Shown: piece after piece, positions 25,594 to 40,185 of the stretch
Layout: each line of letters opens with the position of its first letter
Numbering within the stretch: the first letter of the stretch is position 1
NCBI RefSeq assembly: GCF_006345805.1
Contig: NW_021833824.1
Location: 1 to 54,497 of the forward strand
Direction: 5' to 3'
Source of the DNA: Octopus sinensis
Lineage: Eukaryota
DNA: 54,497 nt
Position numbers and translations under genes: made by a program
The notes under the pieces: model-generated
Told to the model about the DNA's origin: nothing
Seen by the model: the letters and a program-made list of their open reading frames with translations, nothing else
The model's database searches: none

Positions 25594-26704
25594 ATATAAT
25601 TGCAATAATCTCTATCATATACCAGTGACTTTCGCATTATATCATAGAGATTAGCCAGTGGAATAACTTGGATTATATATATGTGTGTGTGAGAGAGTGA
25701 GAGGCAGTGTGTTTGTGAGTATGTGTGTATACCCCGGGCTTCCACACGGTTTCTGTGTATCAAATCTACTCCCAAGATATTAGTCGGACCGGGGCTATAG
25801 CAGAAGACACTGGCTGAAGGTGTCGTGCAGTAAGACTGAACCCGAAACCATGTAGTTACAAAATGAGTTTCTTAACTGCACAGCCATATCAATATCATAT
25901 CAAATGATTAGGTGGAGTAAGATAGTTAATGGGTGAATTATTTTACAGCCCTCAGAAGATTGAAATACAAAGCTGAGTTTCTTAGGGTTTGAACTCAGAA
26001 TGTAAAGAACCACTGCAAATACACCAGGGAATATTGTCCGAAACTCAAAAGACCCTGGCAATCCATCGTCATTAACGTCATAGAACTATCAATTTACTCA
26101 GTGAAGAGGGCAATGTTGATTTTCTAATATTAGATTTTCGTCTAGACAAGTTTTATTTTACGGCAATTAACGGAGGTCATAAAATGAAAATAACTTCAGA
26201 CTATGTCTGATAACTTTTGTTAATAGGATTATATCAATGGTGAGGATTAGTGAATTGACAGGATTTGAGGACGAAAAGTTTATTTTGCTCCATATAGTTA
26301 TATCTCTTTGTTTTCTGTAGGCGGTTTTGTTTCTTTAGTATGTATATGACAACTGTGTACTAGTCGAATTCTAAAAGTTATGCCTTTACTGTCTTCAGTA
26401 AAGGAATTATATATCTGGATATTGTAATCCTAGATACGCTTCGTTTTAAAAAGAAAAAAAGTGATATTTGAACGAGTAGAACGCCTACAATATTATGTAT
26501 GCTTAGCGGAGCTAGACAATAACATTGGCAATGATGTTAGACTCGTAGATAATACATATCACTTAAATTCAATTCGAGTTTATAATGATTTATTAAGCGT
26601 TTGATTGATGACTGGCTGGTAGAATGTCAAACAAGATACTGAACTGAGAAGACTTGTTCTTTTAAGAAGTCTATCATATAAACATCAACGGTTGCTACGA
26701 ATTT

Positions 26705-27015
26705 GGAGGCGTATGGCCTAATGGTTAAGGAGCTGCATTCACGACCGTAAGATTGTGCTGTTTCGTTTCCCCGACCGGGCGGTGCGTTATGTACTTGAAC
26801 AAAGCGTTTTTTTATTTTATTTTTCACGTTGCTCCAGTCCAATGCTCCGCGACACACTGGGGTGCCACGAGACGATGCTAGGTGTGCGGAATGCAACCTC
26901 AATATAATTTTCCCCCTATACTTTTAATTCAGGTGTGCCGCCGAATTTTGAATAACTTAAGTGTACTGCAAGTGAAACAATGTTGCGTAGCACTGTTCTG
27001 GTCCACTCAGCTGTA
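26705..27015 (+). mobile_element. SINE E interrupted by a hAT-like fragment (about 26861-26995)
   Basis: GGAGGCGTATGGCCTAATGGTTAAGG head; insert with GGTGTGCCG motifs ending ATGTTGCGTAGCACTG. Confidence 0.55.
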
Positions 27016-27220
27016 CGTGAGTTCCAGCAATGACTGAAAAGTTAACTGACCTCTGGACATCTACGGGGGTAGCAGCGAATGTTGTAATTTCTATTCCTTA
27101 TCCAATCACGGTTTATCAAAACCTACTTCATTTAATATATCCCCCTATTTTCCTATTTTTAAGGAAATAGGACGATGGTGATTTCAGGGAGACTTGATTA
27201 CTTTGGCTCATTAATATCGA

Positions 27221-27580
27221 CTAGATGAACCCGTGAATTTTTCACGGAATTAATGGTAAATTTATAGGAATATTTCTGAAAATTATACCCAAAAGCTGTG
27301 AAAGTGCAGCCTGTGTTGTGTCTGTATCAAAAGATAGTAGCTCCTTTTTTAATCATTCAAAAGTGAAGGTAATTGAAATACGATAATTAGTTCATGCACT
27401 TTATTAGACCCTTTATATATTTTATGCACGATTTTATAGACTTAATACACAACACTCTCCATCTTTCTCTCTCACTCTTCGAATTACCCTTTTTTTTTCG
27501 CTCTTTGTTTTCCCTTCAACTAATCACATCAAAGCGTTACAGAAGGGCTAAGTAACGGAGTAAAAAAATTAATTTTAAGA
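27221..27580 (-). mobile_element. Helitron-like 3' end fragment
   Basis: Minus strand hairpin CCGTGAA-AAA-TTCACGG followed by CTAG-T; far boundary uncertain. Confidence 0.55.
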
Positions 27581-27593
27581 AAAATTACACAGA

Positions 27594-28036
27594 AGTGGCT
27601 GTGTGGTAAGTAGCTTGCTTACCAACCACATGGTTCCGGGTTCTGTCCCACTGCGTGGCACCTTGGGCAAGTGTCTTCTACTATCGCCTCGGGATTTGGT
27701 AGACGGAAATTGAAAGAAGCCCGTCGTATATATGTTTTCTATTCCTGAGCGCCATACTAATACAATAGTTTGTTTGTACTCCACCTGCCTTCGTATTTTG
27801 TTTATTTTTGTAAAGCTTCCTGTTATATATGTATGTGTGTCTTTCTTTGTCCCCCCAACATCGCTTGACTACCGATGCTGGTGTGTTTACGTCCCCATAA
27901 TTTAGCTGTTCGGCAAAAAGAGACCGATAGAATAAGTACCAGTCTTACAAAGAATAAGTCCTGGGGGTCGATTTTCTCGACTAAAGGCTGTGCTCCAGCA
28001 TGGCCACAGTAAAATGACTGAAACCAGTAAAAGAGT
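27594..28036 (+). mobile_element. SINE C with a ~90-bp foreign insert (27733-27825) in its internal TA tract
   Basis: Insert resembles 41140-41215. Confidence 0.75.
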
Positions 28037-28769
28037 AATTCACTCACCACTACTTCTCCCCCTCCCCATCCCATCTCATCCACTTTTAATGTTCTTGACC
28101 TTTAGGTTCTTCTCATCTATTCAAGGCACCGTGCAAATGTACAGTTTGAGCAGATCTTGTATTCATACAACAAACCTACTAGCATAATTAAGTCTAACAC
28201 TTTCTGTAATAAACACAAATATTTCGAAGCCATTACGCGTTGTAAATATTTCACTAAAAATTTTATTATAAATGTTTTCAGTTAAAATTACTATAAATTT
28301 ACTGTTAAATTGAATTCAATAGAAATAAAATTCTCATTATCTTAAGATACAGAATAATAATTTTATTTTAGTTTTGTATTTAAATTTTTAAAGAGAAAAT
28401 ATGGCAGCTTATTAAAAAAATCATATGTGACCAGCTAAGGTACTTCAAAGTTGATTTAAGTAAATTGGTAATTTTTTTTTCCTAATTGCTGAGTAACTCT
28501 CAATATAATGTTTCTTTGTAAGTAACTATTAATTTTGATTTTTGAATATTTATAAAAAAAAATTATACGATATACGTAATGCAATAAAGACGGGGGAAAA
28601 GTCACACTAATGCTGAATACAGAGAAAATATTAATACGAAAACGATGTTTATAGAAGCGAAAATGGAAAATAAATATAATCAAACGCCACAATGTCATAA
28701 GGTTGATTGAATTTAAGATATTCTACTATAAAAAATTAAATATTTTAAAACCAAAATCAAGTATTAGAA

Positions 28770-29240
28770 AACAAATATTTCAATGATAATATTTTATAAA
28801 CTTAATTGAATCAGCTTCAATCGTTCTTAGTCTTTTGTTTTATTAATATTTTTAGTTTAACATAATCTTTTGGAAAGAAAACATGGCCCAGAATATAAAA
28901 TACGTAGCTTTTTACCTTTCTTTCTTCTTCCATATTTGTTTTGTCATTGGACTGCAGTCATGCTGAGAAACGACTTTGAAGTGTTTAGTCGAACAAATTG
29001 ACCCCAGGACTCTTAAATATTACACAACAAATATTTCATCAGGAATGTTTTATAACCTAATTAAATCAACTTCAACCTTTTCTCGATAATTTCTTTTAGT
29101 GTCAATTTTTGGAAAGAAAATATGGCCCGGAATAAAAGAACTTATAGAATTTTTTACATTTGTTTCTTTCTATTTGAGTCACTCATTAGACTGCAGCCAT
29201 GTTAAAAAGTTTGATAGAACAAATCGACCCCCGTACTATT
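28770..29240. repeat. Old ~255-bp tandem duplication including a SINE C tail
   Basis: ACAAATATTTCA...TTTTGGAAAGAAAA(C/T)ATGGCCC...GACTGCAG...GAACAAAT occurs twice. Confidence 0.65.
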
Positions 29241-29521
29241 TTTCTTTTTCTTTTCTTTTTTAAGTCTGGTACTTATTCTATCGATCGCTTTGCCGAAACG
29301 CTATGTTACGGTAACGTAAACCTAGGAATTGCAAAGCGAGCTGTGCCTTCACCATTCTGTAAATCTTTAATTCTTTCACAAACATCGGAGCTCAAAGCGC
29401 TAGACACGAACGCACGTTCGTCAGATAGTTGTGATCCATGAACAGTTTTGAGTAGGAACCGAAAAGAGAACTATGAACACGCGATGTCATGTGCACATTG
29501 AATTCGTAACATGCAAGAGAA

Positions 29522-30124
29522 GAATCTTTTATACTCTAGGCACAAGGCCCGAAATTTTTGTGGGGGAGGGGCAGTCGATTAGATCAACCCCAGTATGCAA
29601 CTGGTACTTAATTTATCAACCCCGAAAGGATGAAAGGCAAAGTCAACCTCGGTAGAATTTGAACTCAGAACGTAAAGACAGACGAAATACCTATTTCTTT
29701 ACTACCCACAAGGGGCTAAACATAGAGCGGACAAGCAAGGACAGACCAAGGGATTACGTCGATTACATCGACCCAGTGCGTAACTGGTACTTATTTAATC
29801 GACCCTGAAAGGATGAAAGACAAAGTCGACCTCGGCGGAATTTGAACTCAGAACGTAACTGCAGACGAAATACCGCTAAGCATTTCGCCAAGTGTGCTAA
29901 CGTTTCTTATTTCTTTATTGCCCACAAGGGGGCTAAACATAGAGGGGACAGACAAGGACATGCAAAGGGATTAAGTCGATTATATCTGGTACTTATTTAA
30001 TCGAGCCCGAAAGGATGTAAGGCAAAGTCGATCCCGGCGGAATTTGAACTCAGAACGTAACGGCAGACGAAATACTGCAAAGCATTTCACCCTGCGTGCT
30101 AACGTTTCTGCCAGCTCACCGCCT
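29522..30124 (-). mobile_element. Nested SINE A trimer
   Basis: Three cores; junctions near 29690 (site 2) and 29903 (site 1). Confidence 0.85.
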
Positions 30125-30729
30125 TCGGAAGAGAGGAATAAAACAAGTTATATGATTATATGCATGCCACGTCTGACACTTCTATCCCGCAGCTTTGCTG
30201 CAATTTTCTTTTTACAAATGCAGCCGATGTACAGTCCAAACCAAATGGATATATCCTATGACTGATATCCATTTATAAACATTGCATAACTTCAATATCT
30301 TGAGTCACGTTAGTTCAGTACTTCTACTTCCTTGCTACTCTTACGCTTCTAATGCCGATACATGTTATTTCCTAAACATCGGCAAACTAATATACTTCCT
30401 ATTATTTATTTACATGCCTCACAGCAATCCTAAAACTTAGGACCCTACCGAACCTTGGCCTCAGTGTAGAAAAGTTGTACCTCAGGCGGAACAACGAAAG
30501 CAAATTGCCAGCTTAGCGCTACATCAGTCTATTACATCAATTTGGCTCAAGGGTTAATATACTTAGACTGATATCGTTGTATTTGTTTACACAAGCTTCA
30601 ACCACTTTCGACTTCATACTTTATTGATAATATGGATCTTCTCTGTGTATCATCTATCTGTATCAATCCTTTTCTCTCTCTCACTATCTCTCTTCCACCT
30701 GTCTGTCATACACAATCACATTTTACATG

Positions 30730-30813
<84 letters not shown>

Positions 30814-31079
30814 TATATATAAAGACAGAGAGAGAGAGAGAGAGAAATAGATACCGAGAGAGACAATAGATAGAGAGAGATATAATAGTAATTGATTAAG
30901 TGATCAGAAGTAACTAATCGATATATATCCAATAGTCAAAATATTACACACACACACGGAATTAGAAAATCAGGGAGTCGAACAAAAGTACCTTGTGACA
31001 TTTCGCTCAGTAACAGTAAACTATCTTTGCGCCAGCTCGACTTTGCTTTGGCCAAAGACCATTGAATTGAACCACATAA

Positions 31080-31135
<56 letters not shown>

Positions 31136-31594
31136 TTTATTACTATATTTATCTATATTATATTGGTGTAGCTCGGTGCGATCCCCAAAACTGGTATTGC
31201 CAGCTGGCATCGGTACCATGCAGTTGAACTGAAACCAATGTGGTTGATAAACAAACTTCTTACCACTCAGACACACCTGCGCCTATATGACCGGTCAGAA
31301 TGAAAAATAATTAGACATTTGGTACAACTCTCCGTCAGTCTAAATACCTAATATTAATCAACAAACATTTCCCTACTGACCATATATAATACAGACTGTT
31401 TGTCAAGAAGATATATAAAAGCAAACCACAGTTTCATAAAAAAACTAAAACAAACATGTCATAACTATGAATTTCATATGTAGAAAGCTATGCAACATAC
31501 CCGAAAATAGCTGAAATTGCACTGAATCGAATCAATGCTCGTTAAGCAGAGTGCCAAAAACAAAGAAACAGTTTTTAAAACAACACTACTGTAA

Positions 31595-31650
<56 letters not shown>

Positions 31651-31677
31651 TAATAATAATAATAACAATAATAATAA

Positions 31678-31730
<53 letters not shown>

Positions 31731-31737
31731 AGAAGTA

Positions 31738-31784
<47 letters not shown>

Positions 31785-31829
31785 AGAAGAAGAAGAAGAA
31801 GAAGAAGAAGAAGAAGAAGAAGAAGAAGA

Positions 31830-31887
<58 letters not shown>

Positions 31888-31895
31888 TAATAATA

Positions 31896-31945
<50 letters not shown>

Positions 31946-32204
31946 ATTTGCAAACATTGCCACGAAACAAGGTAGACATGAGAGCAAACATTTTAATTAA
32001 GATTTTTCATCTTCGACGTCATCATGGTCATAATCAAAACAACATTTCTCATCATCATGATCATCACCATCATCGTCATTAACATCATCATCGTCATTAA
32101 CATCGTCATCATTATCATCGTTGCCACCACGACTTCCATCATAATAATCGTCATTACAACGTTGGTATTGACGATGATTGTGTAATCATCGTCATCGTTA
32201 TCAA

Positions 32205-32241
<37 letters not shown>

Positions 32242-32675
32242 TTCATCATCATCTTCGTGTTCACCATCGTCATTATCACCATCATCACCACAACCACGAT
32301 TAACCCACTCCATTTCCATTATCATAATTATCGTTATCTACTTGCTATCGATTGTCATCATGTTAGTGATGATTGTAATGATGATGATTATGATACTTGC
32401 ATGCCTTAAAGAGAAGAACAATAAGAAGGAGTAAGAGGAAGAGGAGTAAAGATGATGATGATGAGGAGGAGGATGGTGGAAATGATGATTGTAATGAAGA
32501 TGGTGTCTACATATCAGTAATAGTTTTTGTTTAGTTGTTACCTCAATAGTAGCAGCAGTAGTGGTGGTAGCAGCAGCAGTAGCCACAGTAGCATCAGACC
32601 AGTAGCAGCTATAGTAGTAGTAGTAGTAGTAGTAGCAACAGTAGCAGCAGTAGTAGTAGTAGTTGCTGTAGTAGT

Positions 32676-32713
<38 letters not shown>

Positions 32714-32983
32714 TTGTAGTTGTTGTTGTTGTAGCAGCAACAACAGCAGCAGCAGCAGCAGCCGTTCAAGAATTTGGACCTGGAGATCTCCATTTCCAGC
32801 GACTTCGAGGGCCACCTCCCAGTGGTGTTGGAGGACGTCAACGAATAGCCCTCGACTACAACAAGACGACCAAAGTTTTTTTTTCCCCAAGGTTTGGGGT
32901 CACCTGCCCCTAAGCCCTAGACCATCACCTAATCACCCTTACCCGTCTTGTTGCTTAACAACAACAGCAACAACAGCAGCAGC

Positions 32984-33072
<89 letters not shown>

Positions 33073-33087
33073 CAGCAGCAGCAGCAG

Positions 33088-33480
33088 CTGTTGTTTAGTC
33101 TCAAGTCAGTCTCGATCTAGTAAGACAATGACGAATGACATTCCGGGTGCAACTACCCAGTAATTATCTAATGTCACCCTTCAAAAGCAGTGGGGCGCGG
33201 GGTGTTATTGGAGGGACAATCGGCTGCTATTTCGAGCATGTCGAGAGTCGATGAGAAGGCTTTCCTTATTCTTCAAGAAAGAACGCAACTCGTAATTCAG
33301 TTGGAGATCTCAGTTCTTCAATTGTCGGTTCCATTTATTCTCCTTGATTCTTATAACCATCAATATTAGCAAGTGTTATTATTGTTGTTGATGTTGGAGT
33401 TGTTGTTCTTGTGCTGTTGACGTTGTCGCCATTGGTGATGTTAATGTTGGTTCGTAATGGGGTTCAATGATGATGATGAA

Positions 33481-33511
<31 letters not shown>

Positions 33512-34790
33512 GCGACGACAACAAGGATTAAGAAAATTTAGAGGATGAGAGGAGGAGGAGGTAGAGGAGAAAGAGGTAGTACAGTAGAAAGAGATGGTCG
33601 TGGTGGAGGTAGTTAGTGGTAGGAAAATGAGGAAGGAGAGGAGGAAGAGTAGGAAGAAAGAGAGGAGGAAGAGGAGGGGAGGGGTGGGAGTCGTCGTCGT
33701 CGTCGTGGTGGAGGAGGAGGTGGGCGGAGAAGAAAGGGAAAAGGACGAGAAAGGAGGAAAATCCTTCCAAAGATGGTAATAATGGTGATGAAGGGAAGAT
33801 GACGCCGACGACGACGGCGATGATGATGATGAGGAGGAGGAGGAGGAGGAAAAGGAGAAGGAGGGGATGCAGAGGGAGAGGGTAGGAAGAGAAGAAAAAT
33901 GAGGTAGAAGGAAAGGAGGAAAAAGGAGGGGAAGGAAGACAAGAAAGAAGTGGAGGTGGAGGTGGAGGAAGAGTAGGTGGAGAAGGGGGATAAAGAGAAA
34001 CAAGAAAGAGAAGGGATGTTTACAATGCTAATCACGATGATGATGACGACGATGACGACAGCGACGATATCAAAGAACATCTTTAGACGCAAGAATCCGA
34101 GGTGGATGGAGAGAAGGGATAGAAAGGTAATAATGGTAATGACAGCGATGGCGCCGCCGCCGCCGCCGATGATAACGATGATGATGATGATGATGATGAC
34201 GACGACGACAACGACGACGACGATGATGATGATAACGATGATGATGATAAATGATGATGATGGTGGAGGTGGTGGTATTTAACCCACAGCTCAGCTCTAA
34301 TCAACCGTTTCTAAGATCAAAGGCTTTCCATTTATGATCATTTTCGTTGTCCTTGTGTAGCTAAGGATGCGTTATTCAATGTAACTTCTCATTTCCTTTT
34401 CCCTCCTTTTTTTCCTCTTCTTATAAAATTGATAGGTTATGATTTCGAAGGTACTTTCAGCTGCTATTTCTAGCTAATCTAATGACCACATAGAAGATTT
34501 TTGATTAGTTCAAGCAAGGTTAATTACATATTGTGCTATAGAAGTCTCTAATTCACACATATCCTCTGATGTGTTGCGTCATATTTTGATTGCACTAAAA
34601 ATGTCAAAGTGACATGATTATATACCACATAAGTGTGATGTGATTGATGAATGATCAATAAGGACGGTGTGAGTTGAGGGAGATTTCGCTGTTACTTCTA
34701 GCAGGTCAAGTGACTCGAATTGAATGGTTCAAGCAAGGTTAATTACAGATATTGTTATGCAGCATCTAATAAATCGCATATTCTGTGTTC
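33088..34790. mobile_element. Degenerate dispersed repeat D, copies at about 33088-33270, 34275-34520 and 34660-34730; related sequence at 54130-54360
   Basis: Shared GCTGCTATTTC(T/G)AGC-type motif and TTTAA/TTTAG...TCAG starts. Confidence 0.5.
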
Positions 34791-35724
34791 TGTATATTAG
34801 TGATATTGGCGGCGGTGGCAGAGGCGACGGCGGCGGTGGAAAAGGCGACGGTGGCGCTGGTGGAGGAGGAGGAGGAAGGGGGAGGGGAAGCGGTGGAAGA
34901 GGAGGCATGGAGGGGGGAGGAGTGGAAGAGGAGGTGGTGAAGGAGAAGGTGGAAGCGGAGGCGGTGGAGGAGGAGGTGGAAGAGGAGGCGGTGGAGGATG
35001 AGGAGGAGGAGAAGAAGGAGGAGGAGGCGGTGGGATAGGAGGAGGAGGAGGAGGTGAAGGAGGAGGAGGAGGAGGTGAAGGAGGAGGAGGAGGAGGCGAT
35101 GGTGGTGGTGATTGTGGTGATTGTGGTGGTGGTTTTGGTGATGGTGATTGTGGTGGTGGCGATGGTGGAGGTCGGGGTGGTGGCGGTGACGGTGGTGGTG
35201 GGAGAAGGTAGTGGTGGTGTCGGTGGTGACGCTGACGGACGTTGATAAAGGGAAGCTTATACGGTTCAATATTTTGTTGCTGGTGTTGTTGCTATTGTTG
35301 TTGTTGTTGTTGCTGTTGTTGTTGTTGTCAATGTTGTTCACGATAAGGAGGACGATGATGGTGTCGATGTGCATCATGGTAATGATACTATTGATGATGA
35401 TGATGATGATCATGATGATGGAGAGGAGGAGGAGGACGACGACGACGATGACGATGACGACGACGATGATGATGATGATGATGATGATGATGGTGATGAT
35501 GATGGTGACGACAACAACGAAGACGACGATGATGATCATCATCATCATAGCGGTGATGATGATGATGATCATCATCATAACGATGATGACAACAATGATG
35601 ATGATGATGATGACGATGATGACGACGGTAATATTGACGAAAAAGAGGATAAAAGGGTAAAGAGCCCCACCCCTTCGGTCATGAATGACAATGGGATTGC
35701 ACTTAAAAAGTTCCACCACCCCCA

Positions 35725-36003
35725 CTCGAGGCAACAGTCCGAGCAAGGTTGTTTATGGAAGACCAGCAATCCAGCCTCTCTCCTCTCCACACCACTGATG
35801 TTGTCCAAAGGAAAAGGCAAAGGGGCCGATACAGCTTGGCACCAGGAACATCACAACTCATTTCTTCAGCTGAGTGAACTGGAGCAATGTGAAATAAAGT
35901 GTCTTGCTCAAGAACACAACACGCAACCCGGTATGGGTATTGAACTCACTACCTCATGATTGCGAACCCGACGCCCAAACCACTGGGCCACGCGTCTTCA
36001 CAA
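35725..36003 (-). mobile_element. SINE E head/core with a different tail
   Basis: GCGTGGCCCAGTGG...GAGTTCAATACC...TTCTTGAGCAAGACAC...GCTCCAGTTCACTCAGCTG. Confidence 0.7.
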
Positions 36004-36276
36004 CATGGTGAAGATAATGATAATGACGATGATGGTGATAATGATAACGACAATACGACAATGATGATGATGACGACGACGACGATGATGATAAGGAGAG
36101 GATGATAATGGTGGTGGTGGTGGTGGTGGTGGTGATGGTGATGATGATGCTGGTGGTGATGATGTTGATAGTGATGATGAGGATGGTGATGATTATGATG
36201 GTGATGATGATGATGATGATGATGATGAAGGTGGTGGTGGTGGTGATGATGATGATGATGATGATGAAGGTGGTGG

Positions 36277-36319
<43 letters not shown>

Positions 36320-36516
36320 GATGATGATGATGATGATGATGATATGATGATGATGAAGACGAAGATGATGATTGTGATGATTATGATGATGATGATGATT
36401 ATGTTGATAATGATGATGATGACGAAGACGAAGACGAAGACGATGATGATGATGACGATGATGATGATGAAGACGAAGACGAAGACGACGACGATGATGA
36501 TGATGATGAAGACGAA

Positions 36517-36548
<32 letters not shown>

Positions 36549-36772
36549 CGATGATGGAAAGTCTTAATTAGAATGTTTGCTTTCGTGTCTACCTAGCTTC
36601 CAAGCAATATGTCTGCAAATATTTTTGTTACTATTGTTGCAGCGATTATTCCTGTTGTTGTTCTTGTTCTTGTGGTTTGTAATCGATACTTTGGTCGATA
36701 GTGTGATTGCTGTTACTGTTGGTATTCCTGTTGGTATTATTGACTCTTTAGTTATTCGTATCATCACACTGG

Positions 36773-36813
<41 letters not shown>

Positions 36814-39047
36814 GCTGTTGTCGGTGTTGTTGTCGATGTTGTTGTTGATGTTTGACGTACTGTTTGCTCCTGTTTGTGATTTCTCCAACTGTTATCAAAG
36901 CTGTTTGGGGGTGGTTAGTGGTAGGGGGTTGTGTGTTGGTTTTGGTGAAATTGGTAACGGTGGCGGCGGCGATGCTAGTGGCGGCGGCGGCGGTGCTGGT
37001 GATGGTGAGGTGGCGGCGGCGGTGCTGGTGAAGGTGGGGTGGCGGCGGCGGTGCTGGTGGTGCTGGTGGTTGTGGTGGTGGTGGTGGTGGTGGTGGTGGT
37101 AATGGTGGTGGCGGTGGCGGCGGTGGTGACGGTGTTGGTGGTGGTGGCGTAGGCGGCGGTGGTGTTGGTGGTGGTGGTGGTCGACGTCGTCGTCGTGGTG
37201 CTGGCGGAGGCGGCGGAGGCGGCGGAGGCGGCGGAGGCGGCGGAGGCGGCGGAGGCGGCGGAGGCGGCGGAGGTTTTGGTGGGGTGGCGGCGGCGGTGGC
37301 GGCGCTGGTGATAGTGTTGGTGGTGGTGGTGGTGGAAGTGGTAATTTGGTGGCGGTGGTGGTAATGGTGGTGGCGGTGGCGGCGGTGGTGACGGTGTTGG
37401 TGGTGGTGGCGTAGGCGGCGGTGGTGTTGTGGTGGTGGTGGTGGGTGGTGGTGGTAATGGTGGTGGCGGTGGCGGCGGTGGTGACGGTGTTGGTGGTGGT
37501 GGTGGCGTAGGCGGCGGTGGTGGTGTGTGGTGGTGGTGGTGGTGGTCGACGTCGTCGTCGTGGTGCTGGCGGAGGCGGCGGAGGCGGCGGAGGCGGCGGA
37601 GGCGGCGGAGGCGGCGGAGGCGGCGGAGGCGGCGGAGGTTTTGGTGGGGTGGCGGCGGCGGTGGTGGCGCTGGTGGCGCTGGTGATAGTGTTGGTGGTGG
37701 TGGTGGTGGTGGAAGTGGTAATTTGGTGGCGGTGGTGGTAATGGTGGTGGCGGTGGCGGCGGTGGTGACGGTGTTGGTGGTGGTGGCGTAGGCGGCGGTG
37801 GTGTTGGTGGTGGTGGTGGTCGACGTCGCCGTCGTCGTCGTCGTCGTGGTGCTGGTGGTGGCGGCGGAGGCGGCGGATGTGGCGGCGGAGGCGGCGGAGG
37901 CGGCGGAGGCGGCGGAGGCGGCGGTGGTTTTGGTGTGGTGGCGGCGGCGGTGGTGGCGCTGGTGATAGTGTTGGTGGTGGTGGTGGTGGAAGTGGTAATT
38001 TGGTGGCGGTGGCGGCGGCGGTGGTGGCGTAGGCGGCGGTGGTGGCGTAGGCGGCGGTGGTGGCGTAGGCGGCGGTGGTGGCGTAGGCGGCGGTGGTGGC
38101 GTAGGCGGCGGTGGTGGCGTAGGCGGCGGTGGTGGTGGTGGTGATGGTGGTGGTGGTAATGGTGGTGGTGGTAATGGTGGTGGTGGTGTTAATGGTAGTG
38201 GTGGTGGTGGTGGCGCTGGTGGCGCTGGTGGCGCTGGTGACGGTGTTGGTGGTGATGGCGTAGGCGGTGATGGTGGTGGTGGTGGTGGTGGCGGTGGTGG
38301 TAGTGGTGGTGGTGGTGGTGATGGTAATGCTGGTAAAGGTGTTGGTTGTGTTGAGTGTGGTGATGATGTTATAGGTGATGGTATAGATAGTGAGAGTAGT
38401 TGAGTTGGTGGTGCGAGCGATGGAGTAATTGTGGTACTGGTAGTGGTGATGATGTCGGTGGTGCTGCTGGTAATGGTGGTGATGGTGGTGATGGTGCCGT
38501 TGCTGGTGCTGGTGGTGATGGCGTTAGTTGCGATGGTTGTAGTGCTGGAGAATGTGTTAATTGTGATGAGTGTGGTAGTGATGGTATGGGTGATGGTATG
38601 GATAACGAGGATGGTTGAGAAGGTTGTATGAGTGATGGAGTAATGGTGGAGGTGGTGGTGCTGGTGGTGGTAGTATGTATGGGGATGATGGTTGTGATGG
38701 TGGTAGTGGTTGAGGTGGTAGCGTGGGTGATGGTATAATTGTGGTCCTGCCGCATTTGTTGCGAATAATGTTTATAGTATGGGTGGTAGTGATGGTGAAT
38801 GTAATAGCATGCTAGTTTTGGTTGTTAGTGGTAAGGATGGTGGGGTAGGTTGTGACGGTGGTCGTGGTAGTCGTAATGGTGGTTGGTTGTTACATAACAT
38901 GATAGAAGCAGTTCCACACTGAAAACATTCTGTCTGTCTGTCTGTCTATCTGCCCTGTCTGTCTTGGAGACAAAAAGATATTTCTGACACAGCACGGTCA
39001 TTACCACCGCAGTAACAATAACAGCAACAATAACAACAAAAATCGAA

Positions 39048-39089
<42 letters not shown>

Positions 39090-39241
39090 TTGACGATGAT
39101 GACGATGATGACGATGATGACGATGATGACGATGATGATGATCGTGATGATGATGATCCTTTCTACTCAAGTTTGTGAAGGACCTAGTCGATTGCATTGA
39201 ACCCAGTACTTAAATGGTAATAATAATAATAATAATAATAA

Positions 39242-39344
<103 letters not shown>

Positions 39345-39347
39345 AGT

Positions 39348-40185
39348 GAGTTCATTTATTTGCCACAAGGGCGAAGGATTAAGGGGACAATACGGAGACA
39401 GACATAAAGTGTGGGGGCTTACATAGAATAATGAAATGATAAAAAAAAATAAAGAGCAAGTTTACACGGTATGCACTGAAAAAGAAGGGACATATGAATA
39501 GCATACAAAGGTGAAAAGGAAAAAAAGGAAAATGGTGGGGTGGATGATAGACATGGGGTCCTCCTGACACAGAACGCCTCTAGGGATAACCGAGGAACCC
39601 CACTGTCTGAGATTTCTCTGAAATCCTAAGAGTAAGTGCCCTCCCCAATTCCTTCTTTCCGATTCGCAGGTCTACACTTAGTGAGGCACCATCCACTCTT
39701 GCCATTTTCGCAACTTTCACTCACCTTTCAATAAACTCACTCGAGGACAGCACTTCCCCCTCCACTCTCAATTTCCTTTTCGAGTAAAACTTGAAAAATC
39801 AAGTGAGTGCTCTACTAAATGGCAATGTATCTGTCCTCATGCCTTTCAGCCTTGTCCACCAAATAACCTCTTTCGCCACAACTACCTGGTAAAGGAAAAT
39901 TGCCTTGCCTGCCTGATTGAAGACGGGCGGCGGTGCGATCATCACTACAGACTCGAACGACAGACGGTTCAGTCCCACACGTGTCAGCAGCTATTCGACA
40001 TAACCCCAGAAGTCAGCAATGCCCGGACACTGAACTAGGGTGTGCAGATCGGTTCCGTCTGTCTGACAGCACATCCGTGCCCGAAGAGTTTATCTCGAAT
40101 CGGCAGCGCCTCCTGGTAGCACTGCCAGGCCAAGGACATCTGGAAATTATCCATGACAGTTTCCGACCGGAAAGTCCACAGGTTT
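39348..40185 (-). mobile_element. Tx1/L1-like LINE 3' fragment (ORF2 C-terminus and 3' UTR)
   Basis: DNFQMSLAWQCYQEALPIRDKLFGHG (zf-RVT-like) and VVVAKEVIWWTRLKG; ends CCCTTGTGGCAAATAAATGAA. Confidence 0.72.
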
